From the NCBI GenBank assembly GCA_963702025.1, contig OY969699.1, positions 1,312,001 through 1,376,000 of the forward strand: a stretch of 64,000 nucleotides of DNA. Direction: 5' to 3'. A program made the position numbers and the translations under genes. How positions within the stretch are numbered: the stretch's first letter is position 1; every line of letters begins with the position of its first letter. This DNA is from an uncultured bacterium (lineage in GTDB: Bacteria > Babelota > Babeliae > Babelales > Vermiphilaceae). Shown here piece after piece: positions 51,423 to 61,644 of this stretch. A model generated the notes under the pieces. That model was not told the origin of the DNA, did no database searches, and saw only the letters and a list, made by a program, of their open reading frames with translations.

Positions 51423-52757
51423 ATGAATATCAAAAAACACTATATCACACTTTTTATTACCGCTGCTTTAATGGGTAGTTCATCTCAGGCTATGCATCTT
51501 TATCAACAAACAAAAGTCGTTGAAAAGCAACGAAAAACTGCACAGCGACAATTCTATTATTTCTCTTTATTACCAAACGATTTGCAAGCGGGCACATTGC
51601 GCAATTTTGTTGTAAATACCATAATTAACGAATCAGAGTCGCTGGACGAGGCAATCACAAAAATTATAGAAAAAGCGGAAGATCCGTTGTTTCACACTAT
51701 GTTAGCCCAAGATAGTAAGTTATTACAAACAGTCGGAAAAGGCGGCTGGTTGATCAATCAGGATATCGACTACATTCTTAAATATTATTTTAGGTACGAT
51801 GCAGGTAACTTGAAAAAGTTCATCAACAAAAAGATTCCTGCAATTCCTGAAATTATAGAAAAAATTAATATATTAATCGAACAACCTAAAAAGGATGGTT
51901 CTGTTTTTAAGGAAGTAGTTTTCAATAAAATAAAAGAGTTGGCCAACTGTCATGCACATAAAACTATACTCAATTCATATGAGATGGCCTGCTACATCAT
52001 TGGCTCTATAGCAGATCCGAAATGGATTGAAGGAAATGTAAGAGTTGCGGCAAAATTACAGACTACGGGAGCAGCAAGTTATATTTTAAGAAAAGCAACA
52101 GTAAAATATATTTTTAATAACATTGATTATTTTCTCTACGATAAAAGTAATTTCTTCATTGAGGTTTTAGTTAATAATGATTTTCCCCAAGAGACCGATT
52201 TAACTAAACAAGAAATATATAACTTCATCCTGGAAAAAGCTATTTGTCATGATTCAGAGGATCTCGTAACATTAGCCTTGAAAAAAGGTGCCATTTCAAA
52301 TGGCTATCGAGAGTATAAAATTTACAGGGATGGTTATAAAATATATGCAAAAGAACCGTATTTACTAAGAGCTACTCGAGAAGGAAATCCTACTATAGTA
52401 AATAGCTTGATCGCGGCCAAAGCACTACCGAATTTACCCGACCAAGATGGCACTACTGCGTTGCATAAAGCGTGCGAAAAAGAAAATCTACCCATAGTAA
52501 CTCAGTTACTTGCTGCAGGCGCGAATCCGAATATTCAAAACAAGTACGGAGAAACTGCATTGCATAAAGCATCGCAAAAGGGAAATCTAGATATTATAAC
52601 AAAGCTCGTTACTGCAGGAGCAGATATTATTCTTCGAGACAAAACGGGTCGAACCGCCTATTCCTATGTCTGTCAGTCTCAAAGCCACCATAAGCAGGCA
52701 ATCCTCGATCTTTTTGATTCTATTGCAGATGAACCAATCACGCTTGAAAAGTCATAA
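51423..52757 (+). CDS. Secreted F-box-like plus ankyrin protein (array gene 8)
   Basis: A-MHLYQQ leader, YFSLLPNDLQ, helical domain, 3-4 C-terminal ankyrin repeats. Confidence 0.88.
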   Translation: MNIKKHYITLFITAALMGSSSQAMHLYQQTKVVEKQRKTAQRQFYYFSLLPNDLQAGTLRNFVVNTIINESESLDEAITKIIEKAEDPLFHTMLAQDSKLLQTVGKGGWLINQDIDYILKYYFRYDAGNLKKFINKKIPAIPEIIEKINILIEQPKKDGSVFKEVVFNKIKELANCHAHKTILNSYEMACYIIGSIADPKWIEGNVRVAAKLQTTGAASYILRKATVKYIFNNIDYFLYDKSNFFIEVLVNNDFPQETDLTKQEIYNFILEKAICHDSEDLVTLALKKGAISNGYREYKIYRDGYKIYAKEPYLLRATREGNPTIVNSLIAAKALPNLPDQDGTTALHKACEKENLPIVTQLLAAGANPNIQNKYGETALHKASQKGNLDIITKLVTAGADIILRDKTGRTAYSYVCQSQSHHKQAILDLFDSIADEPITLEKS

Positions 52758-52929
52758 GAATCAAAAAAAATTAAGGGCTTGATATTTCTCTGCTTCTTAA
52801 TTAACTATCAGCGGTACTATATTTTAGGCTTTCCAAGATTATTTTAAAAGTTACACTAAAAAGCAGAAAGAAACGATATTTAAAGTTAACCAAAAAGCAG
52901 AGAGAACATTTAATGGAAAGCGCATTATC

Positions 52930-53889
52930 ATGAATTTAACGGTAAAAGTTTCTTTCTCAATTTTCATATTCTGTTTTTTTCAAATTGAAGGAAAGCAAAA
53001 GCAATTTCAACCACTATCCCTCAAAGAAATAGTTACTATTGCCGTTCTAAAAACTCTAAAAACGAAGCCTGAGATCAAAAAACTTCCCTTACCAACTGAG
53101 CTTAAAGAACATCTGAGCCATCAGCAGGCCTTACAAAAAATATTAGTAGAACATGAAGAGCGCCGGAACCCGGTGCAAAAGGCATTGTGGTCAATTGCAA
53201 GAAATGGCAGACACGATTTCCTGATCCCCCTGCTCATTGCTAAAGGCGCCGACATATATGAACTGAAATCAAACGACTTTGATGGCTTTACGACAGATTC
53301 GGTTTTATCATGCGCGGTAGAAAATTATCACCCAAATGTTGTAAAAAAACTACTCGAATGCGGGGTTTTTGTAGATTGGCAAAATAATTGGAGAAATACT
53401 GCACTGATAGACGCTTCTAAAAAAGGCTTTGAAGCTATGGTTAGAACTTTGCTCAACAACGGAGCTGATACAAACAAAAAAGGATATGAAGGGTATACTG
53501 CCTTAATGTGGGTTACTAAATTAGGCAAAACTGATATCATGGCTCCTGATATCGCGACTGATATCGCGCGGCTCCTACTCGAACATGGTACCGATCCCAA
53601 TATCCAAAATATCGATGGCTGGACTTCATTAATGTTTGCAGCTCATGAAAATAATATTGATATTATGCAACTTCTTCTTGAGCATGGCGCGGATCAAACT
53701 ATCCAAAATTACGGGACTGAGCATAGGGATCTTATTGGACCACCAACCACAGCATTAACTATTGCAGAAAATCGAGGTCATAATAAAATTGCTGATTTAT
53801 TAAAAAATCCCACCACCACGAAAAAACCAATATCAAATGCCTTAAATGACGGCGAAGCAAACCTGATTCAAAATGAAGTTTTAATTTAG
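52930..53889 (+). CDS. Secreted SOCS-box-like plus ankyrin protein
   Basis: PLSLKEIVTIAV...IKKLPLPTELKEHL, then about 6 ankyrin repeats. Confidence 0.88.
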   Translation: MNLTVKVSFSIFIFCFFQIEGKQKQFQPLSLKEIVTIAVLKTLKTKPEIKKLPLPTELKEHLSHQQALQKILVEHEERRNPVQKALWSIARNGRHDFLIPLLIAKGADIYELKSNDFDGFTTDSVLSCAVENYHPNVVKKLLECGVFVDWQNNWRNTALIDASKKGFEAMVRTLLNNGADTNKKGYEGYTALMWVTKLGKTDIMAPDIATDIARLLLEHGTDPNIQNIDGWTSLMFAAHENNIDIMQLLLEHGADQTIQNYGTEHRDLIGPPTTALTIAENRGHNKIADLLKNPTTTKKPISNALNDGEANLIQNEVLI

Positions 53890-53899
53890 GAGAAAGCCT

Positions 53900-54721
53900 A
53901 TGCAAATTTTATATTTACTATTATTTTTCTCATTCTCAGCATTTTGTATGAACAGCGATGATGAATTAACTGATAAAGAAAGGGAAAAGCAGAAAAGATT
54001 AATTGAAAAATGTACTTTGGAACTTGTTAATACCATTAATGAGCGCTTCTTAAAAAAGATGGATCTTAATACACCAATGCAAAATTACATTGGTCAAACC
54101 CCTCTTCATAGAGCATGCATATTTGATGAATCAGGTGAATTAGTGCGTAAGTTACTTTCTGCGGGAGCTCAAGTAAATGTGCGTGATGATGAAGGACAAA
54201 CACCATTAAACTTTGTATGCAAATATGCTAGACCTAGTTCAATAACTAATATAAAACTACTGCTGGAACATGCAGCCGATCCCAATATTCCAGGAAATAC
54301 TGGGTGGTATCCAATAGCAGAAATAGTCGGAAAACCTCTAAAATTCTGGAACGATTTTCTAGTACGTAAGTCCGGAGCAAAAGCATGGATTAAAATGTTG
54401 CTTGCACATGGTGCAAATCCTTTTATTAAGGGTGAAAATAATGAAACACCTTTACAAATGATTACTCATCTAATTGGACAAGATACGTCTCAATTAATTA
54501 CCCACATTTACAATCATAAAAAACTTGCTTATCTATTACTGCTTCGGGGTAAAGATCCACGTGATTTAAACTATTCACTCTTTAACAAGTTGCCATCGGA
54601 TATAATCAAGCTCATTCTTGATCTGATGTTCCCCGGTTTTCCATTACCCCCTTCTCAATTAAATCATTCACAATTTCTTGCGTTCATGAAAGAGGATGCA
54701 AAAAAAGTGCCGTTTTTTTAG
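53900..54721 (+). CDS. Secreted ankyrin protein with C-terminal F-box-like motif
   Basis: GQTPLHRAC, GQTPLNFVC repeats; SLFNKLPSDIIKLILDLM. Confidence 0.85.
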   Translation: MQILYLLLFFSFSAFCMNSDDELTDKEREKQKRLIEKCTLELVNTINERFLKKMDLNTPMQNYIGQTPLHRACIFDESGELVRKLLSAGAQVNVRDDEGQTPLNFVCKYARPSSITNIKLLLEHAADPNIPGNTGWYPIAEIVGKPLKFWNDFLVRKSGAKAWIKMLLAHGANPFIKGENNETPLQMITHLIGQDTSQLITHIYNHKKLAYLLLLRGKDPRDLNYSLFNKLPSDIIKLILDLMFPGFPLPPSQLNHSQFLAFMKEDAKKVPFF

Positions 54722-54801
54722 TTTTTTTAATTGCAGCGTTATTGCCATCTGATATAATTAACAAAATCTAAAAACAATAAAAGAAATCATAGGAATTCGA
54801 T

Positions 54802-55260
54802 ATGAATGTTAGGCTTAGTGTTTCGTTAATTTCCTTTTTCAGCATTTTCAATCATTCGATGAATGGTATGTTAAACTTTGCCGGCTCTCTAAATATGAAT
54901 GGTAGTTTGAACATGCAAGGAACACTGAACTTTAATGGAACTCAAACGCAGATCCAAAATCTGCATTTAGGTTCCGCAGAAAAGCCTTCAGCACAATCCC
55001 AAGATATTAAATCTTTAGATGATGCACTAAAGCCAACGCCAAAAACTGCTCAAGAGAACTCTAATAAAGCAAAGGAGATAATTACCACGTATTGCAAAGA
55101 AAATGATAAAAAAACGGCAGAACTTATGGCATTAGCGCAATCAGCTTTTAATAGTGATAGTTCTCAATATCCTAAAATTCAACAAAGAATAAATGAAATT
55201 TCTCATGAACTAAACGAAGTATCCAAAAAGGCTGAGACTTCAATCAAAAGTTTAAAATGA
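54802..55260 (+). CDS. Hypothetical secreted protein with hexapeptide repeats
   Basis: Leader followed by GMLNFA GSLNMN GSLNMQ GTLNFN; helical C-terminal half. Confidence 0.7.
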   Translation: MNVRLSVSLISFFSIFNHSMNGMLNFAGSLNMNGSLNMQGTLNFNGTQTQIQNLHLGSAEKPSAQSQDIKSLDDALKPTPKTAQENSNKAKEIITTYCKENDKKTAELMALAQSAFNSDSSQYPKIQQRINEISHELNEVSKKAETSIKSLK

Positions 55261-55361
55261 AAATTTATAGGACTTCTTCTTTTTGAACTACCTTACCATT
55301 TTTGTTTTAGCGCAAAGTGTTCACTTTATCAGACCAATTTCATTAAACCATCACGGGATTG

Positions 55362-56468
55362 CTAGTTCTGCTTTTTCAGGAAAGGTAAGGCAATACGCGT
55401 TAAACCATTCTTATTCTCAGCGGTACAATATTTTATTAGTTCAAAGCGAAGATCTTTTGGTAAAAGATCAGTATACATATCAGCATCAATTTGCCGAGAA
55501 CTCCGCATTACTTCGGCAAGAGGTAACCATTTGGTAATCTTCTGTTTAATTGTTTGCCCGTCTTCATCCTCTTTCTTCTTAACGGTATTTTTTAGAAGAT
55601 CGCTTTTTAAGATTGCAAGAGAGTTATAAAGAATTCTACGGTTTGTTAGAATTTCAACATCATTATTTTTTAATGCCTGCAAAAGAACCGCATGCAAAAA
55701 AACACTGGGGCACGGATTATCTTCGGGTTCAGGAGTATCATAAATCGGATGGAGTCTTTTGCTCATTTCTATAGCTTCGGCAACAAACTCACATCGTTTT
55801 TCAGGATCTTGTTGGAGAATCTCATACTTGCGGGCATTAAAATAATGGGTAAGAACATAAAGCCGCTCCCGATCAAGCTCATTCGCGATTTTATTCATGA
55901 ATAATTTGCGCGAATTTGATGCAGGATTAAAAAGCTGCTCGTGTAACGTATCAAGTTCATAGCGATGAAAATTAAAAAGATTTATTCTATCTTCATGCGC
56001 CAACCATGTTTCGGGAATAACACGACCAGCTCCATTAATTTTGCCATAGTATAATGGTGTATAATTATCCTCGTGTAACGCCGGAGTCTTCAAATAAAAA
56101 GTTATGAGCGGAAGAATGGCGCCCATAATATATTTGGTATGCTCAACTGAACTAAGAATATCAATACCTTGAAAAGACCATAAAGAACGGATTATTTTTG
56201 CTTCTTTACCTTTATAAGGACCCGCAGCTAATGCTTTGACGGTGCGACATTTATCGCCAGAGGTAGAATCATTTTTTGGCCAATCTGGTATTCCCGGTAC
56301 CGGTTCGGGCACCAATTCTCCCGTTTGCATTTTATCATAAATTAATGCTGCAACCTTTGCCGAAGCAGCACGCTCTTTCTCTTCAAGCTCCTTTTCCATT
56401 GTGAGACTATACGATACCCACACCAGCATTACTGCCACGAGAATTGTATTTCTTTGCATCATTTTCAT
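55362..56468 (-). CDS. Hypothetical secreted protein with C-terminal F-box-like motif
   Basis: Signal ..SYSLT-MEK; YTDLLPKDLRFELIKY near the C-terminus. Confidence 0.75.
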   Translation of the reverse strand: MKMMQRNTILVAVMLVWVSYSLTMEKELEEKERAASAKVAALIYDKMQTGELVPEPVPGIPDWPKNDSTSGDKCRTVKALAAGPYKGKEAKIIRSLWSFQGIDILSSVEHTKYIMGAILPLITFYLKTPALHEDNYTPLYYGKINGAGRVIPETWLAHEDRINLFNFHRYELDTLHEQLFNPASNSRKLFMNKIANELDRERLYVLTHYFNARKYEILQQDPEKRCEFVAEAIEMSKRLHPIYDTPEPEDNPCPSVFLHAVLLQALKNNDVEILTNRRILYNSLAILKSDLLKNTVKKKEDEDGQTIKQKITKWLPLAEVMRSSRQIDADMYTDLLPKDLRFELIKYCTAENKNGLTRIALPFLKKQN

Positions 56469-56488
56469 AGCCAACTTTACACTTTAAA

Positions 56489-57496
56489 TTAAAAATAGTT
56501 CAAATGCATTACCGCGCGCACTTCATCCATAGTTTGTTGCGCAACTTTTTGCGTGTCTTGGACTCCTTTATATAAAATGTCCATGACTACCGCAGGATTT
56601 TTTCCCCATTCTTTGCGCTTGGTTCGGATAGGCTCAAGCATCTCATTGAGAACCGTGATTAATCGCTTTTTAAGCACCACGTCGCCCAAACCACCCCGTT
56701 GATAATGTTCTTTTAATTCTTGCACTTCGTCTTTATTTTTGTCAAAAATGTCCAAATACATAAAGACAACGTTTCCTTCCACTTTACCCGGATCGCTTAC
56801 TTTAACATGATCCGGATCGGTGTACATACCCATCACCTTCTTGGCAACCTCATCGGCAGAATCTGAAAGAAAAATAGCATTACCCATTGATTTGCTCATC
56901 TTTGCTTTGCCATCAATGCCCACAAGGCGGGGCACGGTTGACGTGAGAATTTGTGGCTCAACCAATACTGAGCAGTTATAGGTGCGATTGAACGCGCGTA
57001 CAATTTCATGGGCCTGCTCAATCATGGGCAGTTGATCTTCGCCCACGGGCACAATATCCGCTTTTACCACCGTAATATCGGCAACTTGATGAATCGGATA
57101 CATCAAAAATCCGGCTGTAACATTTTCGCCATATCCCTTTTGGCTAATTTCTGTTTTAACCGTCGGATTGCGCCTGAGGCGATTCACGGTTACAAAATTG
57201 AGATAATAGATTGTTAATTCGGCAATCTGGGGAATCATCGATTGCACAAAAAAGGTGGTTTTATTTGGATCAATTCCCACGGCAAGATAATCCAGCATCA
57301 CCTGATAGGTGTTATCATGCACCTTTTGCGGATTTTCATAGTTATCCGTAAGTGCTTGCACATCGGCAATCATTACATATTGCTTATATTTATTTTGAAG
57401 ATCGATGCGGCTCACTAATGAGCCAACATAATGCCCCAAATGGAGCGGGCCGGTTGGTCTATCACCGGTTAAAACGATTTTTTTCTCATGAGCCAT
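56489..57496 (-). CDS. trpS: Tryptophan--tRNA ligase
   Basis: [30 protein letters not shown]. Confidence 0.97.
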   Translation of the reverse strand: MAHEKKIVLTGDRPTGPLHLGHYVGSLVSRIDLQNKYKQYVMIADVQALTDNYENPQKVHDNTYQVMLDYLAVGIDPNKTTFFVQSMIPQIAELTIYYLNFVTVNRLRRNPTVKTEISQKGYGENVTAGFLMYPIHQVADITVVKADIVPVGEDQLPMIEQAHEIVRAFNRTYNCSVLVEPQILTSTVPRLVGIDGKAKMSKSMGNAIFLSDSADEVAKKVMGMYTDPDHVKVSDPGKVEGNVVFMYLDIFDKNKDEVQELKEHYQRGGLGDVVLKKRLITVLNEMLEPIRTKRKEWGKNPAVVMDILYKGVQDTQKVAQQTMDEVRAVMHLNYF

Positions 57497-57581
57497 TAAA
57501 AAACCTTATTGCGCTATAAGTGCAGTGTTAAAGTGATTTTTTGTAATCTCTTCTAAAGATACCCAAATAATATGAAATGCA

Positions 57582-57609
57582 AAGAGCCTGACGGTAAAGT
57601 CAGGCTCTT
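57582..57609 (-). terminator. Intrinsic terminator after the giant repeat protein gene
   Basis: AAGAGCCTGAC-GGTAAA-GTCAGGCTCTT perfect stem. Confidence 0.75.
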
Positions 57610-57644
57610 GGTAGTGTTTAACATAGATTTTGTATCAATTATAC

Positions 57645-60600
57645 TCAGGTTGCCGCGGGTATCAGTTGCAAGTAATTGTAATAAAAAGTTCCCGGAAGCG
57701 GTACCGGACAACAATTAACAAATTGGATTGATGCGGTTCCGGTGTCACTCACACATGGTGGCGTGCTTGAATCAGTTGCCACATACATGAATGTTCCGGT
57801 GCCAACAAAGGTTGAAGGAACCGGCGTAAAGGCAAATGGTCCACTTGCGCTCACGATGGCAGTGCCGTTGGTCGATGTACCAACTTGAGTAAATGTCAAT
57901 GGCGGCACTCCGCCTACCACACTGTTAATCAATGTGCCGGTAAAAGTAGTTCCAACACAAGCAGTAAACGATGGATTAACAATTACCTGACTCGTATTTG
58001 GTGTTATGCTTACGGTTGCAAAATCATTACAGCCATTTGAATCGGTTACTTCATAAGTGAATGCGCATGTTCCGGTAAATGTTGATGAAGGGGCAGTGAA
58101 GCTATAAATACCACTTGGATTAATAGACGCCAGGCCACCAGGACAACTAATGGTTCCGATCGGCCCACTAAAAGTATACGGTCCAGAACCGCCGCTTACC
58201 AAGTTAGCAAGATTACCGGTCAAGGTGGTATGGCAAGTGGTTCCGGTTAAGTCTTGAGCCACCGGGCCGTTAATGCTGATATTTACCGCTCCCGTGCCAA
58301 CACAACTATTAGTATCGGTCACCTGATACACAAATCCACCGGTACCAGTAAATCCTGGTGATGCGGTGAATCCAAAAAGGCCTGTTGATGATACGCTAGC
58401 ACTACCGCCGGTTGGTGCTCCGGTTAACCCGAACACATAAGGAGGGAACCCACTGGTTACCAGACTTGCAAGAGAACCTTGTATCGATCCATTGGTACAC
58501 AAGTTTAAGCCGGTATTACCCGCGATCGGTGCACTTACGGTCACCGCAACATTACCGGTTGCCACGCAGCCAACGGAATCAACAACTTGATAGTTAAAAC
58601 TACCAGCGCCACTAAATCCAGCTGTCGGCGTAAATGTATATAATCCGTTGCCACTCACACTAGGAATACCACCAACCGCTGTTCCGGTTGCGCTGAAAGT
58701 ATATGGTGGGAACCCAGAAGATACCAATGGCGCAAGATTACCGGTTACCGATTGATTCACACAATCGTTAACAGCAGTATTGCCCGCAATTGGTGCCGAA
58801 ATGGTTACACTAACCTGCCCGGTTCCAACGCAGCTATTACTATCGGTCACTTGATATTGGAAACTGCCCGGACCACTAAATCCTGCATTCGGTGTAAATG
58901 TATATCCCCCGGTTGCACTCACGGTAGCAACACCGCCTACCGCAGCACCGGTTGGGCTAAAGGTATATGGCGGGAACCCGGATGATACCAATGGCACAAG
59001 ACTACCGCTTATTGGTTGATTTACACAATCATTGACGGAAGTGTTGCCTGCTACTGGTGATGAGATTGTTACGTTGACTAATCCTGTTCCAAAACAACCA
59101 TTTGTATCGGTCACTTGATACACAAATGGGCACGATCCTGAAAAGCCGGCATTTGGTGTAAAGGTAAATTGTCCGGTCTCAATATTAATTGATACATTAC
59201 CACAGGGGATTGTACCGGTTTGAGTGAAAGTATATGGTGGGATGCCTCCAGAAACTAATCCAGCAAGGCTGCCGGTAATTGCTTGATTCACACAATCATT
59301 AATCGCTGTATTACCCGCGATTGGTGATGTAAAACTTATGTTAACCGCGCCGGTTCCAAAACAACCATTAGTATCGGTCACCTGATATTGGAAACCACCC
59401 GGGCCACTAAATCCGGCTGATGCAGTAAAACTAAAAGGACCGGTCGGATTAATGCTCACCGCTCCGCCCACGGTTGCTCCGGTTGGGCCGAAGGTAAATG
59501 GTGGATTTGCTCCCGTTGCATAGTTATTCAAATCACCCGTTAAGGAACCATTAATGCATGCCGTTAAAGAAACAGGAAAGGTCGTTGGATTTGGGTTAAT
59601 TGTCACCGTAACGGTGGCAACGTTACTCACGCAGCCGGTGGAATCAGTTACTTGGAACGTAAAGGAATCTGCGCCGGTGGCACCGGGATTCGGTACGTAA
59701 TTAAAAGTTCCGGTTGCTGGATTGGTGATGGTCGCAGTCCCCTTTGTTCCATTAGTTACGATAGCAAAAGTATACGCAGGGGTGCCGCCGGATACGCCAA
59801 GTATACCACCGATAAATGATTGATTTTCGCATATAATCAATAGACTCGGTATAGCGGTCGGTCCGAGATTTGCCGTAATAGTAACAACACCCTCAGAGCT
59901 GGTGCAGCCATTGGTATCCGTTGCAATATAATCAAAACTACACGGACCAGAGTATCCTACCGGTGCAGTATATGAAAAGGTACCATCAGAATTCAATGTA
60001 ACCGACCCGCTGCAACTAAGTGCACCACTTTGCGTGAATACATATGGCCCGGATCCACCGCTCACCAATCCACTCAGATTTCCCGTAACAAAATCGCTGC
60101 AACCCGTTATACCTGTGCTTGCTCCGGTGATAGCTGGGCAATTAACAACATTTATATTTACTTTAAATGTTTGTGCCGGGTTACCCAGAACATCAACCTT
60201 ATAACATTGCGGACCAACTGCGGTTGCCAGCACTGATATAGTTACTGAATATATGGTGGCCGGCGGTATGCTTCCGGCAGTAACATTAAAGTTCCCCATT
60301 CCACCTTCATCTAACTCTGAGCCGGAAGTTGTAAAAGTAGTTCCTGCCGGCGGTGGAGTATTACTTTGATATGATAAACCCGGAGTACCTGGACATAGAA
60401 GATCAGGAACTACTAGTCCTGATGGAATAATATCTGCAAATTCAAAGGTGCTTGTCGTTAAAGTAGTGCTCGGATTAGCTATCGTTACGGTTATGGAGAA
60501 CTCATTACCTAAAACCACCGTGCTTGGCGCACAGATAGCATAAATAACGTTATCTACCAATGCAGCACTCGCTGTATATCCCGGATCGCAAGAATAGACA

Positions 60601-61613
60601 TAAATATTTGCATTTTCATCAATCACACAGCCATTGGCATCAGTTACACTGTAAGTCAAAAGACTTGGCCCGTAAAAGGCCTGTGTTGCAGTAACTTGCC
60701 CGGTGGAAGGAGTATCATACATAATATTGGTAAGGTTGGATCCACCTTCAGTTGTATAGGTATAAGGAGGGGTACCACCACTAACATTAAGAGGTGTTGT
60801 CACTGTTAATGAGGTCGTAGTAACCAGAACAGGGGCACCCGCTGTCGGATTATCTACTTTCACCGTTGCAACGTTACTCAAACAACCGGCTACATCGCTA
60901 GCTTGATATTGGAATGAACCAGCCGGACTACTAAATACATAAGCTCCATTAGAGGCAAGAAATACCAAGCCACCACTTTGTGTACCGGTTGCAAAAAAGT
61001 TATAAGGACTGGCGCCACCGGTTACACCCGTAGCAAGATTTCCTGCTTCACAGCCGGTAAAACTACTTGCCGTAATTGTGGGACAGGTGTTTTCTACAGT
61101 GATGGTAATATTTGGAAAGCGGGCAGTACCCAATGGCTGTGCAATACCTACTGGTTGATACGAATAACTACCAACAGCAATTGCCTTCATTGTGGCCGTT
61201 AATTTAGTTGTTGCTCCCATTGCAATACCGCTATTATATACAATTGTCCCCATACCGCCACCGCCGCCGCCTGTATTCGTCCCATCACAAGCAGTTGAAC
61301 CTGCTAAAGAAGGAGGGCATCCGCTACTTACGAGAGTAAATAATGCTGCATGATCAGGCAAAAAGCTATCAAATGTAATACCTTCGGATGTTGTTGATCC
61401 TGTATTAGTCATAGTCATGTAAATATTAAAGTCGCCACCATTAACGCTCATACTCACAACGGTCGGATAACAAACTTCATAAAGAATAATATTTCCAAGT
61501 CCATCGGTTGCAGTTACTGATGTTGTTGTATAATTACTCGGACATGATGCCTGTAAAACTCCTCCAAACAGCATCAACCCTATACACAATAATCTTTTTA
61601 CATATGTGTGCAT
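57645..61613 (-). CDS. Large secreted Cys/Gly/Thr-rich repeat surface protein (Ig-like/SprB-like repeats)
   Basis: Signal peptide; about ten ~87-aa repeats with GG.PPYTF and YQVTD.NGC; two DUF11-like beta segments in the N-terminal half. Confidence 0.88.
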   Translation of the reverse strand: MHTYVKRLLCIGLMLFGGVLQASCPSNYTTTSVTATDGLGNIILYEVCYPTVVSMSVNGGDFNIYMTMTNTGSTTSEGITFDSFLPDHAALFTLVSSGCPPSLAGSTACDGTNTGGGGGGMGTIVYNSGIAMGATTKLTATMKAIAVGSYSYQPVGIAQPLGTARFPNITITVENTCPTITASSFTGCEAGNLATGVTGGASPYNFFATGTQSGGLVFLASNGAYVFSSPAGSFQYQASDVAGCLSNVATVKVDNPTAGAPVLVTTTSLTVTTPLNVSGGTPPYTYTTEGGSNLTNIMYDTPSTGQVTATQAFYGPSLLTYSVTDANGCVIDENANIYVYSCDPGYTASAALVDNVIYAICAPSTVVLGNEFSITVTIANPSTTLTTSTFEFADIIPSGLVVPDLLCPGTPGLSYQSNTPPPAGTTFTTSGSELDEGGMGNFNVTAGSIPPATIYSVTISVLATAVGPQCYKVDVLGNPAQTFKVNINVVNCPAITGASTGITGCSDFVTGNLSGLVSGGSGPYVFTQSGALSCSGSVTLNSDGTFSYTAPVGYSGPCSFDYIATDTNGCTSSEGVVTITANLGPTAIPSLLIICENQSFIGGILGVSGGTPAYTFAIVTNGTKGTATITNPATGTFNYVPNPGATGADSFTFQVTDSTGCVSNVATVTVTINPNPTTFPVSLTACINGSLTGDLNNYATGANPPFTFGPTGATVGGAVSINPTGPFSFTASAGFSGPGGFQYQVTDTNGCFGTGAVNISFTSPIAGNTAINDCVNQAITGSLAGLVSGGIPPYTFTQTGTIPCGNVSINIETGQFTFTPNAGFSGSCPFVYQVTDTNGCFGTGLVNVTISSPVAGNTSVNDCVNQPISGSLVPLVSSGFPPYTFSPTGAAVGGVATVSATGGYTFTPNAGFSGPGSFQYQVTDSNSCVGTGQVSVTISAPIAGNTAVNDCVNQSVTGNLAPLVSSGFPPYTFSATGTAVGGIPSVSGNGLYTFTPTAGFSGAGSFNYQVVDSVGCVATGNVAVTVSAPIAGNTGLNLCTNGSIQGSLASLVTSGFPPYVFGLTGAPTGGSASVSSTGLFGFTASPGFTGTGGFVYQVTDTNSCVGTGAVNISINGPVAQDLTGTTCHTTLTGNLANLVSGGSGPYTFSGPIGTISCPGGLASINPSGIYSFTAPSSTFTGTCAFTYEVTDSNGCNDFATVSITPNTSQVIVNPSFTACVGTTFTGTLINSVVGGVPPLTFTQVGTSTNGTAIVSASGPFAFTPVPSTFVGTGTFMYVATDSSTPPCVSDTGTASIQFVNCCPVPLPGTFYYNYLQLIPAAT

Positions 61614-61644
61614 CTTAATTCTCCTATTCTTTTTTCAAACTTTT

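Noticed and set aside
43590..51423. Integron cassette array (attC sites) for the ankyrin genes
   Set aside because: Spacers are only about 18-30 bp, consist of an SD region, lack RYYYAAC/GTTRRRY palindromes, and no integrase is in the window.
42236..52757. Diversity-generating retroelement acting on the ankyrin array
   Set aside because: No reverse transcriptase in the window, and differences between paralogs are not confined to adenines.
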